Source: an uncultured Pseudomonadota bacterium (GTDB lineage Bacteria > Pseudomonadota > Alphaproteobacteria > Acetobacterales > Acetobacteraceae). From it: DNA of 64,000 bases. The stretch covers positions 431,532 to 495,531 of the forward strand of contig CAWHWH010000041.1 in NCBI GenBank assembly GCA_963832865.1, given 5' to 3'. The notes under the pieces are model-generated. The model saw nothing but the letters and a program-made list of their open reading frames with translations. It was not told the origin of the DNA and did not search any database. Shown piece by piece: positions 11,389 to 21,286 of this stretch (the first letter of the stretch is position 1; each line of letters begins with the position of its first letter). A program made the translations under genes and the position numbers.

Positions 11389-12460
11389 ATGACGCCGCTG
11401 GGGTGGTTGCAGATCGCGCTGTTCACGGCGCTGATCGTGGCCGTGATCAAGCCGTTGGGCGGCTATATCGCCGGCATCGTGGAGGGCAAATTCAGGATAC
11501 CGCGTCCGCTTGGGGTGCTTGAGACCGGGATCTATCGGCTCGCTGTAATCGATCCCGCGCGTGAGCAAACCTGGGCTGAATACGCGCTTGCGCTGATGGC
11601 GTTCAACTTGGTCGGGATCCTTGCGCTATACGGGCTGCAACGCGCTCAGCATAGGCTGCCCTTCAATCCGCAAGGCTTCGATGCCGTGTCGCCAGTCGGC
11701 AGTCCTACGCGGGCGAAACGACGCTGAGCCATCTGACCCAGATGGCTGGAATCACGGTGCAATCATCTTTGTCCGGCGCATCGGGCATTGCCGTTGCGAT
11801 CGCGCTGATCCGCGGCTTCGCTCGCCGCACGTCTTCAACGGTCGGCAATTTCTGGACGGACATGACCCGGATCACGCTCTACGTCCTGTTGCCGGTGTGC
11901 ATTGTCGCAACGTTGCTACTGGTCTGGCAGGGCGTGCCGCAGACGCTGGGATCCTATGTGGATGCGACGACCCTGGAAGGCCCGCGTCAGGTGCTGGCAC
12001 GCGGACCGGTGGCGTCGCAGGAGGCTATCAAACTGCTGAGCGGCGATGGAGGCGGCTTTTTCAACGCCAACTCGGCACATCCGTTCGAAAACCCCACGGC
12101 GTTGACGGGACTTTTCGAGCCGCTGCTGATATTCCTGATTGGAGTGGCTCTGACCAATACGTTCGGCCGGATAGTCGGCGATCCACGGCAGGGCTGGACA
12201 TTGTTCGCCGCCCTAACGCTGGCCGCTGCGATGTTCGCCGGCCGGTTCCTGGTGATCGTTCCGGTGCTGTGCATCGCGGGGACGGTGGCGGCGAAGCGGC
12301 GTGTGCCGGTCTCGGCCGGAACGCTGCCGACCCATGGAACTCAGTTCGTGACGCTGCTGGTGGGCACGATCGTGATCGTTGGCGGCCTGACGTTCCTGCC
12401 GCCCCTCGCGCTTGGCCGGTCGCGGAACAATTCGCCATGCTGGCTGGCGCCACGTATTGA
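11389..12460 (+). pseudogene. kdpA: kdpA (K+-transporting ATPase subunit A) remnant with frameshifts and a large internal deletion
   Basis: The pieces match E. coli KdpA from memory: 'MTPLGWLQIALFTALIV..KPLGGYIA', '[20 protein letters not shown]', '[35 protein letters not shown]', '[29 protein letters not shown]'. There are frame changes near 11695 and 12420. About 230-250 codons are missing near 12225. No kdpB or kdpC follows. Confidence 0.85.
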
Positions 12461-12556
12461 ACTGGGGTCGGTAGCCGCAAGGGCTCAATGATCTTAACTT
12501 ACGGCTGGCGAGCGCCGACGTGGTCGAACGCCGGAATTCAGCCCAGGAGGCTTTTT

Positions 12557-13480
12557 ATGAAGTTTGGCATTCACAATCCGTCATTTGTGTTCGGTCCCGA
12601 TCCGGCCGAAGCCTTCGAGGGACTGAAGACGAAAGCGCAATGGGCCGAGACTCATGGCTTCACCTGGTTCTCGGTGATGGACCACTTGATCCAGATCCCT
12701 CCGGTCGGTCAGCCGGATGAACCCTTCATCGAAGGCTGGACGGCGCTGTCCGCACTGGCCGCCGTTACCGATCGCATTCGCCTTGCCACGCTGGCGTCCT
12801 CGGTCGCCTATCGCAATCCCGCTCACCTGGCCAAGATCGCCGCCGGCGTTGACCTGATCAGCCGAGGCCGTCTCACGCTTGGCATCGGCGCCGGCTGGTT
12901 TGAGACCGAATACCGCCAATATGGCTGGGAGTTTCCGGAGCGGCCGGCCGTGCGGATCCGTCAACTGGAGGAGGCCGTCAGGCTCATTCTCGCGATGTGG
13001 TCGGAGAAGCGGACGACGTTCCACGGCAAGTACTTTCATGTTGAGGACGCGATCCTGGAGCCAAAGCCCCGATCCCGGCCACCAGTCATGATCGCCGGCG
13101 GTGGCGAGCAACTCACATTGCGCGTGGTCGCCCGTCTGGCGGACGCCTGCAATGTGTTCGGCGATCCAGCAGAGGTTAGGCGGAAGTTCGCTATTTTACG
13201 CGACCATTGCGAAACCGAACAGCGCGACTATGGGGCGATCGAGAAGACTGTCGTGATCGGGTTGCTGTTAGCGCGGGACGAAGCGACGCTTGCTGCCAAA
13301 CGCGCCCGCCTTGGAGCGCGGGAGCAATTTCGGGGCTTTGCCGGCACGGTTTCCACCGTCACCGACCTAGCTGGGCGATATCAGGACGCGGGTGTGCAGA
13401 CTTTGATCTGCGGGGCGTTCAAGAATGATCGGGAAACACTGGAATTGCTCGCCTCGGACGTCATCCCGCGATTTGGTTGA
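12557..13480 (+). CDS. LLM-class (luciferase-like) flavin/F420-dependent oxidoreductase
   Basis: 'MKFGIHNP...WFSVMDHLIQ...EGWTALSALAAVTDRIRLATL...YRNPAHLAKIAAGVDLISRGRLTLGIGAGW'. ATG 12557 is preceded by AGGAGG. Confidence 0.85.
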   Translation: MKFGIHNPSFVFGPDPAEAFEGLKTKAQWAETHGFTWFSVMDHLIQIPPVGQPDEPFIEGWTALSALAAVTDRIRLATLASSVAYRNPAHLAKIAAGVDLISRGRLTLGIGAGWFETEYRQYGWEFPERPAVRIRQLEEAVRLILAMWSEKRTTFHGKYFHVEDAILEPKPRSRPPVMIAGGGEQLTLRVVARLADACNVFGDPAEVRRKFAILRDHCETEQRDYGAIEKTVVIGLLLARDEATLAAKRARLGAREQFRGFAGTVSTVTDLAGRYQDAGVQTLICGAFKNDRETLELLASDVIPRFG

Positions 13481-13782
13481 CAGCGCGAGCCTTTTGCCGA
13501 TCGGAGACGGCCGCCACGGACGCGCCGCATTCGAACCTCGGGACCATGCTCTAGTCCGAACTTCGCCCTGAAAATTCACCAACTAGCTGATATCGCTCAA
13601 TTTCCTTTTTGAGCTCTGTCTACATCGGCTACCCCAACAAGGTGGTCGAAATTCAATTCAAAGCGGGTGCCTCGTGCCAAGTTGTGTTCGCCGCGATGCA
13701 TATTCGATCCACCGGACAACTCCTTGTCAAGACATTTTGGAGCCAAAACATGACTACGTCCGTACCCATGTTTTGAGCTATT

Positions 13783-14181
13783 TCAATGTATTAGTCGAAA
13801 AAGGGCGCAAAGTTCGGTCTCGTGGACCGTCTGCTGGGTGTTTCCAGCCGCGTCGCCGTAGGTTGCGATCGTCGCCATTCCCTCGACCTGCCAGCGCTTC
13901 ATTGCGAACGAAACCGCTTTTCCCTCCGGCGTTCGCAAAGTTAACACCAGATCCTGACCAGTTGGCGTCCGCTCAAGCCTCCAGCTATCGAGCGGATGCA
14001 CTACACCGTCGCCGCCGGAACGCGGCAGCGCGTTCAGCATACTGTTCAACCAATTCGCAGGGAGCGTGAAGCGGACCGTTCGGCCGGACCGATCGCGAAC
14101 CCGCAGTCGCAGCCGCCTCCCGTCCGTCGAAATATGAACGCTGTCCAGTTCCATCGCTTCTATGACGCTCGGATCGGTCAT
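13783..14181 (-). CDS. hypothetical protein (132 aa), downstream partner of the DUF2325 gene
   Basis: Same strand as the DUF2325 gene with a 41-nt gap. Its 14-nt initiation region (AGGCGAGATCATGA) is identical to that of the upstream gene. No motif recognised. Confidence 0.5.
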   Translation of the reverse strand: MTDPSVIEAMELDSVHISTDGRRLRLRVRDRSGRTVRFTLPANWLNSMLNALPRSGGDGVVHPLDSWRLERTPTGQDLVLTLRTPEGKAVSFAMKRWQVEGMATIATYGDAAGNTQQTVHETELCALFRLIH

Positions 14182-14222
14182 GATCTCGCCTCAAATGTTG
14201 AAGTCGGCGAATTCGTTGTGGA

Positions 14223-15479
14223 TCAATCGGCGGCCTCGGCCAGTTTCGTCACTTCCGGGGCGTGGAGCGCGGTCAGGAGGGAGGTCACGCTGGCGGACCG
14301 CAGCGGGATAAAGCGCTTGCCCGTCTGACGGCAGAGCGATTTGACGATGTTCGCGGCATCGTGGCTGATGCAATCAACCGGAAACAGAACAAGGCTGGCG
14401 CGGCTGGCGAGGCCCGCGAGTAGGTTCGGGTGGTTTTCCACGCCGCCATCGTGGTGCAGGAACGTAGCCCCCGACTGCTCCACCACGGCCCGCATATGGG
14501 CAACCTGGTTCGGTCTGCCACCGACATAAAGCAGTACGACGCCGTCCAACCGAGCGGCGGGGGAAGTGGGAGTAAGGGGCTGCAAAAGAGAGGATTCGAT
14601 TGCCTCCAGTTCCGCCCGCATTGCCTTGTGGGTTCGTTCCGTCGTCAAGCGCGCCACCCGTTCGGAATCGAGATCGTTGCGGATCGCGGTCAGTCGTTCC
14701 TCTAATGTTGATCGCCGCCGACTCTCGGCGGCGAGGCGCCGTTCCAGGTCGATGATGATGCCTTGCAGCGCGCCATCGTTATCCGGCATGACAGGGTCGG
14801 TGATGATCCGGGTCATGAGAGCGTCGCGCAGTGCCTGGATCTGTGCGTCACGAGTCACCAGGGCGGTATGAAGTGCCTGTTGCTGCCGTTCCAGCCTCGT
14901 CTCGAGCTCTGCATTTGCTGCTTCAAGCTGGCACAATCGCCGGATATCGGCCCTGTTCGCCGAGCCCACCAGGTGCGACAGCATATGCACCTCGCCGAAG
15001 GCTTCACGAATAATCGTCTGGTTGGCGAGCGGGTGCGTCAGCGTTGCCCAATAGGCGCCCGGGATATCGCCACGCCGGACCGCGTCGCGCCACATGGCAC
15101 GCAGGTCGTCCTGGGTGGCCGCCTTGCCGAACTGACTGACCGCCAGCTTGTGGCGGCGATCCAGCGCCTTGTGCAACTGGCGCGCGGCTTCGTCGTGGCG
15201 AGAGGCGAGGGTGACGGCTCTGCCATGCAAGTCGTGATCGGTGCATTCCGCGGACGCCAGGCCGAACTTCCGCAGCACCTGCCGCAACTCTCCGGTGGAG
15301 AGGCATGTGCCAATGATCGAGCAGTGCAGGTGGGTGCTGAACTCCCAGATTTTCGTCCGCCGCGGCGCCGCTTCGCGCTTGATCAATGTTGGCGGGATGG
15401 CGCGGAGGTCGATGCCCATCGACAGTGCGGAGGTGCTTGGCGGGTTTGCGATCGCGATAGAAAGCCCTGCTGCGCTCAT
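14223..15479 (-). CDS. DUF2325-domain protein (N-terminal conserved domain, coiled coil, C-terminal DUF2325)
   Basis: C-terminal 'LLYVGGR...HHDGG...LVLFPVDCISHDA...K..C...GKRFIPLRSAS' fits my recollection of DUF2325. The N-terminus carries 'KIWEFSTHLHCSIIGTCL..ELR' and 'FGEVHMLSHLVG'. The middle is heptad-rich. Confidence 0.7.
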   Translation of the reverse strand: MSAAGLSIAIANPPSTSALSMGIDLRAIPPTLIKREAAPRRTKIWEFSTHLHCSIIGTCLSTGELRQVLRKFGLASAECTDHDLHGRAVTLASRHDEAARQLHKALDRRHKLAVSQFGKAATQDDLRAMWRDAVRRGDIPGAYWATLTHPLANQTIIREAFGEVHMLSHLVGSANRADIRRLCQLEAANAELETRLERQQQALHTALVTRDAQIQALRDALMTRIITDPVMPDNDGALQGIIIDLERRLAAESRRRSTLEERLTAIRNDLDSERVARLTTERTHKAMRAELEAIESSLLQPLTPTSPAARLDGVVLLYVGGRPNQVAHMRAVVEQSGATFLHHDGGVENHPNLLAGLASRASLVLFPVDCISHDAANIVKSLCRQTGKRFIPLRSASVTSLLTALHAPEVTKLAEAAD

Positions 15480-15512
15480 GATCTCGCCTTTTTCTATTCG
15501 TCTATCCCATCA

Positions 15513-15570
15513 GGATATAGCGATACGCCTGATCGGCTTCTTCCGTAATATCCTTTTGGATATAGCGATA
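15513..15570. repeat. 13-nt direct repeat GGATATAGCGATA x2 (15513-15525 and 15558-15570) in the 100-nt leader/promoter region of the DUF2325 gene
   Basis: Exact repeat read directly from the sequence. It is AT-rich against a GC-rich background and lies between start codon 15479 and the truncated IS edge near 15580. Confidence 0.6.
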
Positions 15571-15579
15571 ATGACCTAA

Positions 15580-16608
15580 AAAGGCGCATCCGCCAGGCCG
15601 GGCCGCTGACGCCGTTCCAATGCCTGGATGGGCGAGTGCCAATCGCGCTCGATGGGACCGAGCACTTCTGCTCGCGCAAGATCAAATGCGCGCAGTGTTC
15701 GACGCGCCGGCGCGCGGACGGCGGCACGGAATACTTCCACGCCTTCCTGGGTGCCAGCATGGTGGCCCCCGGCCACAAGCAGGTCCTGCCCCTGCCGCCG
15801 GAGTTCATCGCGCCGCAGGACGGGGCCGAGAAGCAGGATTGCGAACGCAACGCTGCGAAACGCTGGCTGGCCCGGCATGGCGCTGGCCTCGCCCATCTTC
15901 AGCCGGTCTATCTCGGCGACGATCTGTTTGCCTGCCAGCCGATCGTCGCTGCCATCCACGATGCCGGCGGCAACTTCATCCTTACCTGCAAGTCCACCTC
16001 CCATCAGACTGTCGCCGAATACCTGCATGGCGCCGAACTGCAAGAACATCGACAGGCCGTCTGCAAACGCGGCAAACGCACCACCACGATCTACCGTTGG
16101 CTGAACGCCGTGCCGCTGCGTGGCACGGACGATGCCATACTGGTCAACTGGTTCTCCATCGAGATCCTCAACGCCAAGGGAAAGCGAACCTATTACAACA
16201 GCTTCGTCACCGATCTCGCGGTCACCCCCGACAGCGTCGCCGAACTGGCCGCCTGCGGTCGCGCGCGGTGGAAGATCGAGAACGAGACCTTCAACGTGCT
16301 CAAGACCAACGGATACAATCTCGAGCACAATTTTGGCCACGGCAAGAAAACACTGGCCAGCGTCCTGGTCACCCTCAACCTGCTCGCCTTCGCGTTCCAC
16401 ACCGCGGCCTATCTCGGTGTTCTCGCCTGGCGAACCGCCGTGATCGCGCGTGGCCCGACCTACCGCTTCTTCGAGCATCTGCGGACCATAACGGTTTACG
16501 TGGTTTTCGAGGACTGGTCCCACCTCCTTCAGTCCATCGCCGCAGCAGCGATGAGGCCACCTTGAGAAGAGGCCTTCTCGTCCTGCACTCAACCCACCCG
16601 AGCCTGAT
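15580..16608 (+). mobile_element. 5'-truncated, diverged second copy of the IS at 8692-10181 (first ~450 nt missing); ends approximate
   Basis: Nucleotide alignment by eye with 9143-10181 gives roughly 85-90% identity, in the same orientation. Confidence 0.7.
15636..16565 (+). pseudogene. DDE transposase fragment lacking the N-terminal ~125 aa
   Basis: 309-aa ORF collinear with the C-terminal two thirds of the 8810-10124 transposase, including 'GRARWKIENETFNVLK'. Confidence 0.7.
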
Positions 16609-16653
16609 GCGTGGGATTGTTTTGGCCCTGGGTCCGAGTGGTGGAGGCGGCGG

Positions 16654-17643
16654 CTATTCCTCAGCCTGCCGAGCCAGCCAGGCTTCCGCCGCAAGGTCCG
16701 CGCCGGATGGCAGCGGCGCGTCGGGGTGTCGGATCCACGCCAGGATGTCGTCGATCGGTTTGGCGCGGTCCTTGTCGCGCAATAGCAAGTGATAGCCGTC
16801 CGGGTAGAACGCCCGCACCGGCCCGGCGGGCATCGCCCGCCATGTCGCCGCGGTCGCCCTGGCAGGGACCAGTTCGTCATGGCCGCCGTAGAGGAACAAC
16901 GCCGGTGCGTGGAAACTCGAGGCGGCTGCCAGGGCTTGGCTCATCAGATCCACCAGGCCGGCGATCGCGTCGATTCGCGTCTCGTGGATCGTCAGCGGGT
17001 CGTGCGACAGGCGGATTAAGGCCTGCCGGTTGTCGCTGGCGGTCACCTTGACGATGCCGCGGCCGGTCACAGTCAACCCAGGGACGGTGTGATCAGCGAG
17101 CCACAAGGCCGCCCGCATCAGCACGTTCATCTCCGCCCGTCCCCATACGGCGGGCGCGATCAGCACATAGCCGTCCACCGGCGGGGGATGGGGTTGGGTC
17201 GCCAGGACCATCAAGGCGGCGGCGCCCATGCTCTCGGCCATCAGGATCAGCCTGGTGTGCGGATATCGGTGCCGCAGCAGCCGAACCATGACGCGGATGT
17301 CGCTGGTGAACCCGTCGGTCCCGGGCCATAATCCGCGACTGCGGGTGGCACCGAAGCCACGGAGATCGGGGGCAAACAGGGCCATCCCCGCGCTGGCGAA
17401 ATCGGGGCCTGGATACTCCCACGCGTCGCGGCTATCGTTCATGCCGTGCAAGGCCAGCACGATGGTGTCCGGAGTACTGGCCGGCAGCCATTCCCGATAC
17501 GGCAGTTCGGTGCCGTCCGGCATAATGAAACTATCCGCTGTTTCGGTGGGTCTTTCTACCATTGGGCCAGGTCGCGCGACCTCCGCGACACAGCCGGCCA
17601 GCGAGAGAATGGCTAACAGGACAAAGGTGGCGCGCAGGTTCAC
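16654..17643 (-). CDS. alpha/beta hydrolase lipoprotein (lysophospholipase/monoacylglycerol-lipase-like)
   Basis: Lipobox 'LSLAGC', 'HGMNDS', and the nucleophile elbow 'AESMG'. Confidence 0.8.
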   Translation of the reverse strand: MNLRATFVLLAILSLAGCVAEVARPGPMVERPTETADSFIMPDGTELPYREWLPASTPDTIVLALHGMNDSRDAWEYPGPDFASAGMALFAPDLRGFGATRSRGLWPGTDGFTSDIRVMVRLLRHRYPHTRLILMAESMGAAALMVLATQPHPPPVDGYVLIAPAVWGRAEMNVLMRAALWLADHTVPGLTVTGRGIVKVTASDNRQALIRLSHDPLTIHETRIDAIAGLVDLMSQALAAASSFHAPALFLYGGHDELVPARATAATWRAMPAGPVRAFYPDGYHLLLRDKDRAKPIDDILAWIRHPDAPLPSGADLAAEAWLARQAEE

Positions 17644-17714
17644 GGGAACATGGTTGAAAGCATTCGCCGCATCGCTATCATCGCGCCGCTTCCCAGACCA
17701 GATAAAGGATCAAC

Positions 17715-17942
17715 ATGCCGGAAGGCGCCGCCTCGACACCTGCCTCCGCCACTACGGGCAACCAGGTGACACCGACCGAGATCATCCATGTGGATACGCG
17801 CACAGTCGCCTGCGATGGCGGTGACGGCGCTTTGGGTCACCCGAGGGTTTTTCTGCGCATTCCCGGCGAACAGGTCATGTGCCCGTATTGCTCGCGCCTT
17901 TACGTCCTGAACCCGGGAGCGGGCCACGACAGCGGACACTGA
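17715..17942 (+). CDS. small zinc-finger (zf-CHCC, NDUFS6-like) protein
   Basis: 'VACDGG..LGHPRVFL......CPYCSRLY'. From memory, this gene is commonly found just upstream of polA in alphaproteobacteria. Confidence 0.65.
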   Translation: MPEGAASTPASATTGNQVTPTEIIHVDTRTVACDGGDGALGHPRVFLRIPGEQVMCPYCSRLYVLNPGAGHDSGH

Positions 17943-17955
17943 TATTCCCGGGGAT

Positions 17956-20781
17956 GTGCGTGGGGAAATCCCCGGCGACATCCCGGACCAGCCGGAGGTC
18001 GCGCCCGCTAAGCTGCACCTGATCCTGATCGACGGGTCGGGTTTCATTTTCCGCGCCTTTCACGCCCTGCCGCCGATGACCCGGCCGGACGGAACCCCAG
18101 TGAATGCAGTGTTCGGCTTCACCAACATGCTGGCGAAGCTGATGAAGGAGCATGTCGGCACCCATCTCGCCGTCATCTTCGACGCGGGGCGGGTAACGTT
18201 TCGCAACCGGCTATATGACGCCTACAAGGCGCAACGGCCGCCCCCGCCGGATGAATTGATCCCACAATTCGCCCTCGTGCGGGAGGCGACCGAGGCGTTC
18301 GGCGTTCCAGCGATTGAGCTGCCGGACTGGGAGGCGGATGACCTGATCGCCGCCTATTGCGTGGCGACGACGGAGGCGGGCGGCCAAGTGACCATCGTCT
18401 CCTCCGACAAGGATCTGATGCAGTTGATCCGGCCCGGCGTGGAAATGCTGGACCCGATCAAGCAGAAGCCGATTGGACCCGCCGAGGTGATGGAGAAATT
18501 CGGCGTTATCCCGGGTAAGATGGTCGAGGTCCAGGCGCTGATCGGCGACGCGACCGACAACGTCCCAGGCGTGCCGGGGATTGGGCCGAAGGGCGCGGCT
18601 CAGTTGATCAACGAATTCGGCGACCTGGAGACCTTGCTGGCGGCGGCGCCGGCGATGAAACCGTCCAAGCGGCGTGACATGCTGATCGAGCACGCTGACA
18701 AGGCTCGGATTTCACGCGAACTGGTTCTGCTGCGCGAGGATACACCGCTGCCCCAACCAGTGGAGACGCTGGGTCTGCGTGAGCCTGATCGGCCCAAGCT
18801 GTTGGCATGGCTGACGAAGCAGGGATTCCGCAGCACGATCGGTCGTCTCGGCCTGGACAAGGCGGGGCCGGTGATCGAGGCCAAGCCCGAGGCGGACTTG
18901 AAGCCCGAGGTGGACGTCAAACCAAAGCCGGTCCTGCAGCCTGATCTCGGGCTGACTCCGCCGCCGACGGAAGCCGGGTTCGGACCGTACGAGAGCGTCA
19001 CCTCCGTCGAAGCTCTCCGGCAGTGGGTTGCCGAGGCGGCGGCATCCGGGCGGGTCGCCATCAATGCCGCGGCCGAGGGGCCTGACGTGATGCGCGCTCG
19101 GCTGATCGGGTTCTCGATCGCCGTCGGGCTTGGCCGCGCTTGCTATGTGCCGATTGGGCATGAGGTGCTTGGTGAGCAGATCAAGGTTTCGGAGGCGATC
19201 GCGGTGCTCGCGCCGCTGTTGACGGACTCGTCGGTGTTGAAAATCTTTCAGGATGCCAAGTTCGACATGATGGTGCTGTCGCGCGCAGGTTTTCCGATGC
19301 CGGCGCCGGTCGATGACACGATGCTGATCTCCTACGCACAGGAAGCCGGTCTGCATGGTCATGCCTTGGAAGAGCTATCGCAGCTTCACCTTGGTCACAC
19401 CCCGATCTCCCTCGATGCTGTCACCGGCACCGGCCGCAATCGCGTGCCATATGCACAGGTGCAGATCGACCGGGCGACGGCCCATGCTGGGGAGAGTGCC
19501 GACGTCGTGCTGCGACTGTGGGAGGCATTGCGACCCCGATTACGTCTGAACGGCAGCTTGGCGCTGTACGAACAGGTTGAGCGCCGCTTGGTGCCGATCT
19601 TGCTGGAGATGGAGCGCGCCGGGATCAAAGTTGATGCCGACGACCTGAGGCGTATGTCTCTCGATTTCGAATCGCGGATGGCGGTGATGGAACAGGACTG
19701 CCATCGATTGGCGGGCCACCCTTTCAATGTGGGTAGCCCAAAGCAGTTGGGCGAGGTGTTGTTCGACGAACAGAAGCTGCCCGGCGGCAAACGGATGAAG
19801 ACGGGCGCGTGGGGAACCGACTCTGCGGTGCTGCAAACCCTGGCGGAGCAGGGGCATGAATTGCCGAACCGCATCCTGGAATGGCGGCAACTGGCGAAGC
19901 TCAAATCCACCTATGCCGATTCGTTAGTGACCGACATCAATCCGGCGACCGGGCGAGTGCACACGTCGTTCGCGATGGCGGTAGCCTCGACCGGGCGGCT
20001 GTCGTCGAACGACCCGAATCTACAGAACATTCCAATCCGCACGGAGGAAGGCAGCCGCATTCGTCACGCATTTATCGCCGAACCGGGGCATGTGCTGGTC
20101 AGCGCGGACTATTCTCAAATCGAGCTGCGGCTATTGGCGCATGTCGCCGATCTGCCCGTGCTGCGGGACAGTTTTGCCAACGGCGAGGATATCCACGCGC
20201 GCACTGCCAGCGAGGTGTTCGGCGTGCCGATGGCGGGCATGGACCCGATGACGCGGCGGCGGGCGAAGGCGATCAACTTCGGTATCATCTACGGAATTTC
20301 AGGTTTTGGGCTGGCGCGGCAGCTCGGGATCACGCCGGGAGAGGCTCGGGGATACATCGGTCGTTACTTCGAGCGCTATCCGGGAATTCGTGACTATATG
20401 GAACGAACGAAGGAGGAAGCGCGGATCAAGGGGTACGTGGTCTCGCCATTCGGACGGCGCTGTTGGGTGCCGGGAATTGCCGACAAGCATGCCGCCCGGC
20501 GGGCCTATGCGGAGCGGCAGGCGATCAACGCGCCGTTGCAGGGTGGAGCGGCGGATGTCATCAAACGGGCGATGGTCCGGTTGCCCGCGGCGTTGCGGGC
20601 CGAGGGATTGCGATCTCGGCTGTTGCTGCAGGTGCATGACGAACTGCTGTTCGAGGCGCCTGTGGAGGAGGCGGAGACGTTGGCTGGCCTCGCGCGCCGG
20701 GTGATGGAGAGCGCGGCAACGTTGTCGGTACCGCTGGTGGTGGAGACGGGAGCGGGAAAGACTTGGGCGGCGGCGCATTAG
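17956..20781 (+). CDS. polA: DNA polymerase I
   Basis: 941 aa with a 5'-nuclease N-terminus 'LILIDGSGFIFRAFHAL', 'DNVPGVPGIGPKGA', and polymerase motifs 'RRAKAINFGIIYG' and 'QVHDELLFE'. GTG start. Confidence 0.97.
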   Translation: MRGEIPGDIPDQPEVAPAKLHLILIDGSGFIFRAFHALPPMTRPDGTPVNAVFGFTNMLAKLMKEHVGTHLAVIFDAGRVTFRNRLYDAYKAQRPPPPDELIPQFALVREATEAFGVPAIELPDWEADDLIAAYCVATTEAGGQVTIVSSDKDLMQLIRPGVEMLDPIKQKPIGPAEVMEKFGVIPGKMVEVQALIGDATDNVPGVPGIGPKGAAQLINEFGDLETLLAAAPAMKPSKRRDMLIEHADKARISRELVLLREDTPLPQPVETLGLREPDRPKLLAWLTKQGFRSTIGRLGLDKAGPVIEAKPEADLKPEVDVKPKPVLQPDLGLTPPPTEAGFGPYESVTSVEALRQWVAEAAASGRVAINAAAEGPDVMRARLIGFSIAVGLGRACYVPIGHEVLGEQIKVSEAIAVLAPLLTDSSVLKIFQDAKFDMMVLSRAGFPMPAPVDDTMLISYAQEAGLHGHALEELSQLHLGHTPISLDAVTGTGRNRVPYAQVQIDRATAHAGESADVVLRLWEALRPRLRLNGSLALYEQVERRLVPILLEMERAGIKVDADDLRRMSLDFESRMAVMEQDCHRLAGHPFNVGSPKQLGEVLFDEQKLPGGKRMKTGAWGTDSAVLQTLAEQGHELPNRILEWRQLAKLKSTYADSLVTDINPATGRVHTSFAMAVASTGRLSSNDPNLQNIPIRTEEGSRIRHAFIAEPGHVLVSADYSQIELRLLAHVADLPVLRDSFANGEDIHARTASEVFGVPMAGMDPMTRRRAKAINFGIIYGISGFGLARQLGITPGEARGYIGRYFERYPGIRDYMERTKEEARIKGYVVSPFGRRCWVPGIADKHAARRAYAERQAINAPLQGGAADVIKRAMVRLPAALRAEGLRSRLLLQVHDELLFEAPVEEAETLAGLARRVMESAATLSVPLVVETGAGKTWAAAH

Positions 20782-20871
20782 CAACAACAGACCGGGGAAT
20801 GTTGCGTAAATCGTTTCTTATCTAATTTGTGGGCCTTATCAAGGCCAGTCCACGACCCGGGAGCCCTGCCT

Positions 20872-21210
20872 GTGTCCCTGCCGACCGACGACGTGACGAA
20901 CTGGATGCACTTGTTCCGATGGATCGTGAAGACCATCCGCGACGAGTATGAGGTGGACGAGACGATGCTCACACGCTCCACCGTGCTCGAAAGCGACTGC
21001 GGCCTCGCGGTCGAACAAGTAGAGACGGTGCTCGACACCATCAGCGGCAGTTTCAAAGTTACGTTTCCACCGGGGACATTGGACGAGGTGGTGAGGCTGG
21101 AGGAGCTTTGCATGCTTACGGCCTGGATGAAGGGGCTTTACAAGCGCCCGGACTTCATCTCGGCGGGTTTTGAGCAGACCTGCCGGGCTGCCAACGCGGG
21201 ATGCGGATAG
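20872..21210 (+). CDS. hypothetical protein (~112 aa)
   Basis: High GC3 coding look. GTG 20872 has GGGAG 9 nt upstream; the track ORF starts at TTG 20827. No confident family assignment. Confidence 0.4.
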   Translation: MSLPTDDVTNWMHLFRWIVKTIRDEYEVDETMLTRSTVLESDCGLAVEQVETVLDTISGSFKVTFPPGTLDEVVRLEELCMLTAWMKGLYKRPDFISAGFEQTCRAANAGCG

Positions 21211-21286
21211 ACGGGTTACTGAACATTAAGAGGTAAAAACATCCGAACAGAGCTATCGATGCAGATCGCAATAACAAGGCTTGCCA

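Noticed and set aside
11285-11392. 35-codon ORF (MIAALVASCAASAAYARACASLVRSSPGDAANRTL*) overlapping the kdpA start by ATGA, considered as kdpF
   Set aside because: The position and coupling are right for kdpF. However, the sequence lacks the short hydrophobic helix ending in the P-E-x-F-type motif that I associate with KdpF. The locus is decayed, so this cannot be supported.
13481-13782. Lower-GC 300-nt region downstream of the LLM gene, scanned for small RNAs or repeats
   Set aside because: I could not identify any convincing hairpin, repeat or conserved motif by eye.
20872-21210. Idea that the 112-127-aa protein downstream of polA is an acyl carrier protein ('LESDCGLAVEQVETVLDTI')
   Set aside because: The helix-II-like segment lacks the conserved D-S-L serine, having Cys-Gly instead. 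The resemblance is superficial, so it is kept as hypothetical only.
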